Origin: the human T2T-CHM13v2.0 reference genome, Homo sapiens
Assembly: GCF_009914755.1 (NCBI RefSeq)
Contig: NC_060931.1
DNA length: 64,000 nucleotides
Reading direction: 5' to 3' (one strand)
Positions 29,560 to 40,294 of the stretch are shown here, piece by piece (positions within the stretch are counted from its first letter, which is position 1; the number at the start of each line of letters is the position of its first letter). Under the pieces are notes generated by a model. The model was given only the letters and a program-made list of their open reading frames with translations, was not told the origin of the DNA and made no database searches. A program made the translations under genes and the position numbers.

Positions 29560-30220
29560 GTAGCGGCCCGCGGGGAGCGCGGGGGACCTGGAATGGGGAC
29601 GCTCCCGAGTCGGGGGCGGAAGACTCGGGAGGATGGGGAAAGGGGGCCTGGCCCTGGGGAGGGTGTGATCGTCCGTGGGGGTGAGCTGGACTTGAGGGTG
29701 AAAGGCGGGGATCTAGATCCTGCTCGGGAACTCCCCTGCGTGGTATCCCTTCCCACACCGCTGCTCTTGCTGGAAGGAAACGTTTAAATTCCACCCCCGC
29801 GCGTCGGGACTGCCAGCGGGATCCGCCGAGCACTTCCCGAGGTCCGGGCTAGCGAACCCAGACGGCCAAGCCGCGGGCGCCAAATACCCGGGGACGCGGT
29901 AGCCTCTATCCTCTTGCAAATCTCCAAATCTCCGCGAGCCGGGATGCGCTCCCGCAGGCCGTGCGGGTTGCTGCGAGGCTGCCGCGGGAGGTCAGCTGCC
30001 CCGGGCATGTGGTGTTTCTTTCTTTAAATCAGGTCAGGCTGAGCTAGAGGGGGCGGAAGTCTGGGGGCGGAGGTCGCAGGGAGGCGAGCGCAGGGGGTCA
30101 CCGGCGACCCCAGAGCGCGCATTAGAGGGGCAACCTCTGGTTAACTTCAAAGACTCCCGTGTCTGCAAGTTGGACCATTTTAAGGTGCTCTTCCGGATTG
30201 CTTCAGGGGAAGGGACCTCA

Positions 30221-30312
30221 TTCCCTTCTCTCTCTCTCTCTCCCCCCCCTCCCCCCCTCCCCCTCCGTCCCCCCCCCCCGCCCCCCGCTCCCGCCTCCGT
30301 CTCATCTCTATC
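30221..30312. repeat. (CT)n / poly-C pyrimidine tract in intron 1
   Basis: ttcccttctctctctctctctcccccccctccccccctccccctccgtccccccccccgccccccg. Confidence 0.9.
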
Positions 30313-31315
30313 TCTGAAAATGCGTGCAGTTTGGAACTTTGAGAGAAAAATCTTCAATTATTTTTCATCTTTAGGCTCCACCCTTTTTAAGAAGTGTGGA
30401 CACTGCTGTTAATAGCCTTTGTGAAAATACTTCTCAGCAAAACTAGGTTTAAATTACAGGTGGTAATTATTGCAAAAATGACTCTAGGGTTTCTTTTGGC
30501 GTGAGGGCTGAATACAGTATTTCCAGCATCTGTATATCCCCTGATTCATTGTGATTGCTAACAGCTAACATTTCTGGAGCACTAAATATGAGTCAGGCAC
30601 ATCATTTAATTTTTTAATCCTTGGAACAATGAATGGCATGAGGCAGGTCCCATTATGTGCATTTCACAATTTGGAACACTTTGTGGAGAAAGGTAAATAG
30701 CTTGCCATGAACTCATGGGTAGGCAGCCTGCCACAGCCTCCAGAACCACATGATGGTAGGGGAGAAAGAGAAATAGGAAGTGAGGATTTAGAAACAGCAT
30801 TAAAAACAAAGATTGCTGGAGTTCAGAATAGCAACGTTTTAGATCTGTCATTTTCCAGAAACATCTCTGCATGCATAGTTATTTACCTTGGTGCCAGACC
30901 GGAACTTGGGGGCTGTTTTCATTTCTAGGTGAAAGCTCCTTGGCTTTGTGTAACCATCGATTTACTCTTAAAAAAGAAAAAAAATCCTGGAGCTGAGTTT
31001 TGGTCTCTACCCAACATAGAATTCTAGGCGTTGGTTAGAATATTGACTTTTTAGTAAGAGGAGAAAAACGGCTTTTTGAGAAGGGAAAATTAGATTCACA
31101 AGTTTCAAATATTGCAGCAAAGTAATTCTTATCTGACTTTGAAATCTTTTCCATACCAAAAAAGCATCAGTGAGATGCTCCCCTGCCTGCCAGTGGCAAG
31201 ATTCAGGGCTTGCGTTTTGGAAGCTTCTCCCTGTGTGGTCGGGCCATCACAGCCACATTTCACAATTTCTTTTTAACTCTTTCTGTGCCCCTCCCTCCTC
31301 CCCGGTGGCTGAAAG

Positions 31316-31532
31316 CACCAGCTCAGAGCAAACGTGTCCAATGCTGGGCTGCCCGGCGACTTCCGCGAGGTGCTCCAGCAGCGGCTGGGGGAGCTGGAGA
31401 GGCAGCTTCTGCGCAAGGTGGCAGAGCTGGAGGACGAGAAGTCCCTGCTGCACAATGAGACCTCGGCTCACCGGCAGAAGACCGAGAGCACCCTGAACGC
31501 GCTGCTGCAGAGGGTCACCGAGCTGGAGCGAG
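31316..31532 (+). CDS. NPTX2: NPTX2 coding exon 2 (second coiled coil, HQLRANVSNAG...RVTELERG)
   Basis: Pyrimidine tract, then gaaag|CACCAG. 217 nt, ends CGAG|gtgtgt (phase 1). Contains the N-glycosylation sequons NVS and NET. Confidence 0.96.
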
Positions 31533-34500
31533 GTGTGTGCCTGGCCTGTTTCTCTGTCTGGCAGTGGCCTGATTTTCACCACTTGTGGTCAGACATGCGA
31601 TTCTGGTTGATGGACAGCAGGGATTGTGACACCACATGGGCCTGGTTCCCGAGTGTGTGAGCAAATAATAAAGGCGACTGAACAAGGTCATCTCAGGAAT
31701 GAGCTGCCAGCCCCACTGGCATTATCCAGGGAAAAGTGAAAGTGTCCAGGACCAGCTTCGATAAGCAACCACACGGGCGTTTCAGTCCTTTGTTAACTAG
31801 TCCTGGCAGCGGATTCTGTGTATCTTTCTCTTCTCTGCTCACACTGTGGTGAGTAAGTTTCTCCCACAGGAGACAGAGTGGGAGGGATCAGGGGATAATT
31901 CAGATTGCGTCATCAACCCCCAAACCACTGGGTGGCTTGGGTTTGAAGTTGTAGGTTTGCCCGTAGTGGGTGTTTATAAGACTGGAATTTTCCCAGATGC
32001 ACTAAGCTGATGAAGCCACTTCCCCATGACTCCGTTTCATGCATTGATAGGAGGATGCCCAATAGCAGAACATCCAATGACTTTGGCCGAGGTGGGGCAG
32101 ATGGAGAAGGGGCTGGTGTTACTGTTCCATTTTACAGCCAGCATCCACAAGCCACAGGTCTCTTTCATCCCTTTCCTAGTCTCTTCCTACAGAAAAACCT
32201 ATCCTTTCTTCCTGGCCCTTCTCAGAAAAAGGTGAGTATGGCTTACCTGTTAGATCTGTTAGATTCTTGAGTTTCCAAAAAATCTTCCTTTCTGTCTCCC
32301 CTCTGTTGCTGGGTGGCCTCAGGAGCCATCCCTGAAGGTAAAGCAGCCGTTGCTGTGGCCCTCCTCCCATGACAGGAGGAGGGAACGTCTAGGCACAGGT
32401 GAGCGTGGCTCCGTGGACCCAGCCTGAGCCACAGTGGATCCTCGGGACACCCAGGGCTATGGAGTTGGCACACTAAAGGTAGTTTGCCTCTCGAAAGGGG
32501 AACTGTGGAACGAGAGGAGGGCTCCATGAGAGACCTTGGTGGCTGTAAACCTCCCTCTGCACAGTGGCCAAGTTGCCATGAGGAGGTGGGTAAATAGCAG
32601 AATAGTGAGCCAGAGCTTCAGTCATGCCAGGCGGGAGCTCAGACTCCTGGTATGCCCGTTTCATAGATGAGAAAAAGACTCCGTTCTCAGTGGGACATGT
32701 ATCTTTTGGGGAGGGGGCCCAAAGTGGGTCCTGGGCCACTAGCTGGCAAACAGTGACAGTCACATCAACCTGCACCTCCTCCTTCTCTTTCTCTCACTCA
32801 AGGCCAATGTCATTTCACTGGGCTTACTCCTAAGGTAAGCCATCATCATGGCTTTGGCCACCCAGAAGCTGCCACTTTGTGACTGTCCCTTTCATCCCCA
32901 GCCTGTCCATTACCAGCCAGAAAGAAACAGTCAGGACTCAGACCCCGCCAGCCTGACTCCTGACCCTTTAGTTTCCCAGCAAGCCCTCAAAGCTCATCTG
33001 GCACAGAGGGGAAGCTCACCTCTACGAGGGCAAAGACGCTGCTGGCCATTTATGCACCCCAGAGAGGCAGCCCAGCCTCTCTTCATCCCACCGTGGGAAC
33101 TCTAGAATCCTTCTGTGAGCTCCACCAACTCAGCTCTGGGATGTGCTTTAAGGAAAGTGATCATTTGCAGACCAGTTTGTCTTCTGGGCAATTCTGAGTG
33201 TCCTGTTTGTGACAATTGTAGAGAGATGAGTAAACGCCCAGCCCTCCACATGTACTATGATTGGAAACGATGCCAAGTTTCTTAGACACATCCAGCTGAA
33301 CCCAGAGTAGCTAGACCTTAACCTCACTACAGGCAGGGGGCCTTGGTGGGGGAACTCTGGCCTTTGGTCTGTCAGCCTCCACCCCTTAGGGACCAGATGC
33401 TTGGCTGTGAGTTCCACACTTGGCATTCTGTAATCCCTGACATGACCTTGCAAGGTAGGGATTAGTTCAGACGAGGGACTCAAGTCAGAGAACTAAAGTG
33501 ATGCCTGCATTCACATTGCCAGCAGATTGCAGAGCTGGGAGTGAAGTTGGTGGGGCCCCAGAGGAGTGATGGAGGCTGCAGCCTGGAGCGGTGTGTGGGC
33601 CCCAGCCCTGCTGCGTCGGAGGCTCCTTGGAGCCCCCAGCAAGCGCCTGACCCCTGGCATATGGATGCCCCTGCCACCCGGGGCCCAGGGTTGCTTGCTT
33701 TTCTTTGCTGCAAGACCTGTTCCTCTGCAAGGGCCTCCAGAGTCCAGGCCAGCTGTCCAGGCACTGCCCAGCTCAGTGTTGAAATAAATGTTGCTGCTGA
33801 GAAAACCAAAGCTGCCTCTCTTCCAGCCCCAGGCTGCCCACCCCCTGCTGAGCCTCTCCGCCACCTGCAGTGTCTGATTTATTGGTCAGGCCTTTTAATT
33901 CCTTAATTGGTTTTAACCAAGTTTCCTCCAAACCGCCAAGCTGTTTTATTTAAATAAAAGACACTGGCTCTCAGGGTACAGGCCCCCTCCTCTGCCCCTC
34001 GGCTCTTCCAGCTCTAATTAAACCTATCTGTTGTCACCAAGCTAACAATATTACCCACACGGAGTCGTATCAGATTGGCAAGGCTGCCCTCCCGCAAGTA
34101 TAGCAGCCATTTCTCTTTATTAGACAATGATGCCTTCATTAAGGACATGGTCATTTGCCACTTGAAGATTAAGTGTGAGTGGCTAAGTGTCGTGGAAAGA
34201 GGGACTTCCGGCCCCTGGCCTGTCATTCACTAGCTGTGTGACCTTGGATACGTCACCTCACTTCGCTGAGCCTCCGAGCCTCAACTGTGCAACCTGCAAA
34301 AATGGGGGAGTAGGGACACTCTGGTTCTCTCTCTCAGTTTTGCTTTTCAGCCTAATGAGAGACTAGTCCCAGCCTTCACTCTGGCCTGGCCCCTTGACTT
34401 CTTCGGGGAGCAGGTCTTCCCAGCCCTCGCCAGGTGCCCAGCAGCTCTGCAGTGGCATCGAGAGGTGCCCATCCTTAGGAGGTCAGGAGCAATCGGGAGG

Positions 34501-35656
34501 CCACCATTGGCAGATATGAGTACATGCAACACGTGAAGCCCAGATTCTAGAATGTACACACTGCCTGTTCCAGAGAGGTTAGAAAGGGGATAGGGGGTTC
34601 TTCTGTGCCCCTTTGCAGAAACCCTCCTTAGATAGATGTGAACTGCGGCCCCCAAGAGCCTTTCGTGTGTATTATTCACTCTGAGGGACAATGAGTTTGG
34701 GGGATTGTGGTGGAGAAAGGTTTATCTATTCTGGCTCATGTTGTGCAGTAGGGACTGATTTAACTCCACAGTGACACAGGCAGTTCTGGCTCCAGAGAGC
34801 CCGCCTGTCTCTGATGGCCTCGGAGACTGTCTGAGCCCTTGTGGATGCTTAACCGACACTTGTTGAATGAGTGAAGGGCGTTTAGATTCCTTCAACGGCA
34901 GGGTCTGGTTCTCAAATAAGAGGGCCGCCTTTGCCATGACAGCTGGCACAATCAAATGGTGTCCTGCAAACTTTGGAATCCACGATGCCTGGACAAGGGC
35001 TGCCGCTGTGGTTTACTTAATTTTGAACTTCAACCAAGGCTGCCTTGGAAATATTGTAAACCCATTCTAGAGTTTGTTTTCAAGGATTTTAGAAGTGCCA
35101 ATGACATAGGGGTGGCGGGTGGATTCTCACCAATTCCAGGAAGGTCTGGAAGGGCCAAGGCTGTGACCAGGTGTGTTCCCCTAAATGAGGAGAGACACCT
35201 GCGGTTGCCCTGCCTCCCACTGGCTCCAGACTACAGGAAATGATCAATAAACTCAGTCTTCTCTTGAGGAGGAAAAGAGCAAAGTGCTTTTTGTCAGGGA
35301 TTTAGACCAAAAAGCCACTTTTGAGTTAAGTTATGGAGTCAAGACCCGGGAGCCTGACTGCTTCACCTCGGCAGTGGTAATTCTTTCATGTGAGGAGTGA
35401 CACAGACTCATTCACTTGACAAGTGTTTATTGGGTGCCTGGGTCCCTGTAAGACTTCCTTCTTCTAAGCCCAAGTCTCCAGGGTTCCTAGATCCTGCGAA
35501 GATTTCAAGGAAATATCTGAAGTTATAAGATGTGGCTAAGGACGCAGTTTCTGGCTTAACACAAGAAAATTAAATCTACCTTTCTTCTGCTCCTTCCTCA
35601 AGCTTTCTAGTCACCTAATATGACTTATGAAAAGAGAGTATTAACTAGAAGGAACC

Positions 35657-36111
<455 letters not shown>

Positions 36112-36594
36112 TAAAAGATGGAGCTAAATTCTCTAACGTGCCCCATGCAGTGCCCACAAAATCTTCCTTTTCTTTCCTTTTCTGGGCGTCCTTGGGGCCC
36201 TGTACTTCCTGTCACCTGTGTCTGGGGTTCTCTTCTGCAGGTCTTTCCAGGCCTTCCCTGCATCCTCTGCCTTCCCTCCCCCGGCCACTCCCCGTCTTAG
36301 CAGGAGCCACTGCCTGGACTTCCCTCGCGTACCTGCTGCTGGTTTCATGTCACCTTCCCTGCCTGAATGTAAGCTCCCTAAGGACAAGGACTCCATCTTG
36401 TGTCCTGAATCCTGCCAGACTTCAGCCTTTTATCAGTGGCTGGTGTGGAGCGGTCTTTGGTCGCTTGCTGGAGGGTCCATCAAGGCTGTGTGAGGGACCT
36501 TCTTGTGGGTCTAGCAAGATGTGGCTCTGGGCCGTGCTGGTGGGTGGTGGGGTGGCCTAACGCACTCCTGGCCTCTCTTCCTCCCAACCCCCAG

Positions 36595-36839
36595 GCAATA
36601 GCGCCTTTAAGTCACCAGATGCGTTCAAGGTGTCCCTCCCACTCCGCACAAACTACCTATACGGCAAGATCAAGAAGACGCTGCCTGAGCTGTACGCCTT
36701 CACCATCTGCCTGTGGCTGCGGTCCAGCGCCTCACCAGGCATTGGCACCCCCTTCTCCTATGCGGTGCCAGGGCAGGCCAACGAGATCGTGCTGATCGAG
36801 TGGGGCAACAACCCCATCGAGCTGCTCATCAACGACAAG
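36595..36839 (+). CDS. NPTX2: NPTX2 coding exon 3 (start of the pentraxin domain, NSAFKSPDAFKVSLPLRTNYLY...ELLINDK)
   Basis: Branch-like cctaac (36556), pyrimidine tract, ccag|GC. 245 nt, ends AAG|gtgagg. Phase matches exon 2. Confidence 0.97.
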
Positions 36840-37536
36840 GTGAGGCCCGCCTGCACCGCCACCCTCCCCAGAACCCATCATGTGGTGGAGGGAGCCACAG
36901 CCCCCACCCCAGCCGTCCTCGCCCTCCTCGGGCCACACAGCAGTGTCCCAGACATGGGACTGCGGGGCTGTCCTCCTCGAGGTGGGGATAGCTTTGCACA
37001 CGCCGGGCGGCTCACAGGGGCGGGGTGGGGAGGGGCCGAGCTGTGAGTCCAACCACCAAGCTGCAGAAGGTCCAGGCACCTAGGCCATGGAAGGGCAGAA
37101 GGAACAGATCTCCGTGTGCAGCCTGGATTGAGAGAGGACCTCAGGCCGGTCAGTGAGGGCTGTTCCCCAGGGCCACACTGATTAAGGGGGTGTGTGTGTC
37201 TCAGTGTAAGAGACTCCCCACAAGCATATTTTGGTGGGGGTCAGGTTTCTAGAGATATAATTTACATACAGCAAAGTGTACCCATTTTAATGTACAATTC
37301 AGGAAGTTTTAACAAATGCACACAGTTGTGTAACCACCACCACGATGAAAAAATATAAAACAGTTCCATCACCCCCCAAAACCCCCTCATACCCCTTCAT
37401 AGTTAACTCTGATCCCAGCCCCAGCCCATGGCCATTGCTGACCTGTTATGTATACCCATGGTCTTGCCTTTTCCAGAGCAAATGCCCCTTCTTAATAGAC
37501 TGCTTGGTTTTGGCATTCAGGAGTGGTCTTCTCAAG

Positions 37537-37832
37537 GGCTGGGCATGGTAGCTCATGCCTGTAATCCCAGTGTGTTGGGAGGCCGAGGCAGGAGGATTGC
37601 TTGAGCCCAGGAGTTCAAGAGCAGCCTGGGCAACATAGCAAGACCCCTTCTCTACAAAAAATTAGAAAGTTAGCTAGGTGTGGTGGTGTGCACCTGTAGT
37701 TCCAGCTACTCGGGAGGCTGAGGCAGGAAGATGGCTTTGAGCCCAGGATGTCGAGGCTGCAATGAACTATGATCGCACCACTGTACTCCAGCCTGGGTGA
37801 CAGAGCGATACCCTGTCTCAAAAAAAAAAAAA
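37537..37832 (+). mobile_element. Sense AluJ in NPTX2 intron 3
   Basis: ggctgggcatggtagctcatgcctgtaatccc...A14 tail, about 700 nt downstream of exon 3. Confidence 0.92.
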
Positions 37833-38829
37833 AGGCCACTTTGGGCCTCCTGGGGACCTCTCACAGCCCTGCTTCCAAACTTTCATTCTAATGGCAGACT
37901 CCATATAACAAAAAGAACATTCTCAGAACCTGTCCGGATTTGGGCATTTGAGTGGCTACGCAAACTCCCTGCCACCCGGGCCACCCCTGGTGGAGGCGGG
38001 GGCAGTTCAGCCCCTCACTCTGTTTGTCCTCACTGAACTGCCCTGGGTGGAGTCTGTCGAGGTTTAAAAAACGCTGTGGCATCAGCCTGCTGGGCTCCTC
38101 CTAGATAGACCCCCTTGCCTGAGCCAGGGGTTAAATAATTGTTCTAAATAACACCCTATGACACAGTGGGGCTAAGAGCCTTGTTGTCCTCTGGGTTTGG
38201 ACGGCTTGTAAACATCGAATTCCTGGGAGGGAGGCTTCGGGTTGCTAGGAGACCAGCAGCAACAACGCGGTGGTTCATAGGCGAGCCTGCATAGAAAGTG
38301 CTTGCAGGACCGCCAGGGACCCGGCCAGTGGCAGCGTCCTCCCCCCAGTTCCTCACGCTGTCCGTGAGTTCCCTGCTCACACAGATACTCACACACGTGC
38401 CGCTGCGCAGGGAGGACGGGGCACACCCGCAGCACACAGATCCCTGCGTGCCATCATGGAGGTTTGGGACTTGGCATGAGGAATGAGGATCTCTCGTCTG
38501 TTTTCCAAGGAGACTGGCCCCATGGAACGCTGACTTCCCGAGTTTCTCTGGCATGGAGAGCTCAGGGCCAGCGTGGGGGTGTTGACCCTCACATCTGTTC
38601 GGTCCTCAGCCACGCCAGGCACCAAGGGTGTCCCATTAATGTGAGGGCTGCTCTGGGGTCAGGGTTTCCACCAAGGCTGCCCCCTTTCATGTTCTCCACG
38701 CATGACCCCAGGTGACAGGAGGAGCAGTGTGGCCCAGGGGGACTGTGGGGTGTCCTTCCTGCTTCCTGCCCTGGGGGACCCTGAGGGCGTGGGCCCAGCA
38801 GGTCCTTACCTGCACATTGCTGCTCACAG

Positions 38830-39009
38830 GTTGCGCAGCTGCCCCTGTTTGTCAGTGACGGCAAGTGGCACCACATCTGTGTCACCTGGACGACACGGGA
38901 TGGCATGTGGGAGGCATTCCAGGACGGAGAGAAGCTGGGCACTGGGGAGAACCTGGCCCCCTGGCACCCCATCAAGCCCGGGGGCGTGCTGATCCTTGGA
39001 CAAGAGCAG
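38830..39009 (+). CDS. NPTX2: NPTX2 coding exon 4 (VAQLPLFVSDGKWHHICVTW...LILGQEQ)
   Basis: cacag|GTT acceptor. Contains the pentraxin signature HICVTW and the GQEQ Ca2+-binding motif. 180 nt, ends CAG|gtgggt. Confidence 0.97.
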
Positions 39010-40066
39010 GTGGGTGCAGGGCAGGTGCAGGTGGGCACAGGGTGGGTGCAGGATGGGCACAGGGTGGCCGTGCGCCCTTTCAGGGATGGTGCGAGGAGGG
39101 GCCAACTGAGCAGCACGAGGCCAGGCCTGCAGCTGTTCCTGCTCCCGGCCCCAGCTGTTGGCCCCTCAGACCTGGCCACAGTGTCCTGACAGCCAGGTCG
39201 GGGGAGTGAGAACCCCCGCAGCCTGGCCCTTGCTGTCCTGTGGTTAGAGGTTGGGCGTGGGGTCACGGCCTGCATGGCAGGGACCAGGTGGGTGTGTGGT
39301 TCAAACAGATTCCAAATAGAACCTGGCACAGAGGGGTGTGAGTGTCCCTGTGGTCATGGGTCATCTCGTGACACAGGCTCCAGCTTCCATCTGGGAGGAG
39401 GCTGTGTGAGGGACCCTCCTGGGATGCTCATGGTACCGACTCAGGATTGTGGGGCTGGTGTCTTCCAGGAGCCCCCTGCTCAGGGTCTTAACCCTGATAC
39501 CCAGCAAGGGGCACTTAGGTAATCCATAGTGGGTGCTCAGCCTGTGGGGGAGACAGGGATGAAAGGGTGGCACCTCAAAGTGCCCTCAAGAAACTTACCA
39601 TCTAGGGGAGGGAATGGCTAAGTTGGCTGTCTGGTCTAGGACAGATAAGTGTTGGCATTCCAGTCTGTATTTGGGTTTTTGATGATGGACAGTGGGGCGT
39701 AGACTCCAGGTGCACTGGGGGGCTTTGAGTCTGGTTCCTTCTTGGCCCACTCCTCCCTCAATTTCCCCTGCTACATCTCCGCTGGGAGGGGCTGGGAGTC
39801 ATGAGACCTGGCTCTGATCCTGGCTTTGGGACTTTGAGCAGTGTCTTCCCTTACCAGCCTCAGTTTCCCCTGTATAAAATGGGGAGATTTGAGCGATGCC
39901 ACCTCCCAGTTCTGACATGCCTGGGAGCTTCAGAACCTACAGAAACAGGTAGTGTTGGTCAGAGCTGGGGGGCATCAGAGAAATGCCCAAATCTCCTGTC
40001 TGCAGCCCGTGTGCAGGGGGACTTGTGAACCAGCCCTGACGCAGCTCTCTTGTTCCCATTCCCCAG

Positions 40067-40294
40067 GACACCGTGGGGGGTAGGTTTGATGCCACTCAGG
40101 CATTTGTCGGGGAGCTCAGCCAGTTCAACATATGGGACCGCGTCCTTCGCGCACAAGAAATTGTCAACATCGCCAACTGCTCCACAAACATGCCGGGCAA
40201 CATCATCCCGTGGGTGGACAATAACGTCGATGTGTTCGGAGGGGCCTCCAAGTGGCCCGTGGAGACGTGTGAGGAGCGTCTCCTTGACTTGTAG
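40067..40294 (+). CDS. NPTX2: NPTX2 coding part of exon 5 (DTVGGRFDATQAFVGELSQFNIWD...CEERLLDL*)
   Basis: ccccag|GAC acceptor; TAG at 40292-40294. Exon sum 426+217+245+180+228 = 1296 nt = 431 aa plus stop. Confidence 0.97.
   Translation, partial: DTVGGRFDATQAFVGELSQFNIWDRVLRAQEIVNIANCSTNMPGNIIPWVDNNVDVFGGASKWPVETCEERLLDL

Larger units (their letters stand above)
28070..30170. promoter_or_regulatory. CpG island spanning the NPTX2 promoter, exon 1 and the start of intron 1
   Basis: Very high GC content and CpG density compared with the CpG-depleted flanks; boundaries by eye. Confidence 0.92.

Noticed and set aside
28240-29787. 515-aa ORF as a single-exon gene
   Set aside because: It begins at a non-ATG codon about 700 bp upstream of the inferred TSS, runs through promoter DNA and exon 1, and reads into intron 1. 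Only 29134-29559 is supported as coding; the length reflects GC-rich DNA.
28142-29833. Long antisense and alternative-frame ORFs (up to 236 aa) in the CpG island
   Set aside because: Low-complexity Pro/Arg/Gly/Ala sequences expected from stop-poor GC-rich DNA and codon shadowing; no recognisable domain.
38589-39329. 246-aa minus-strand ORF over exon 4
   Set aside because: Antisense shadow in GC-rich sequence, with no recognisable protein features or promoter.
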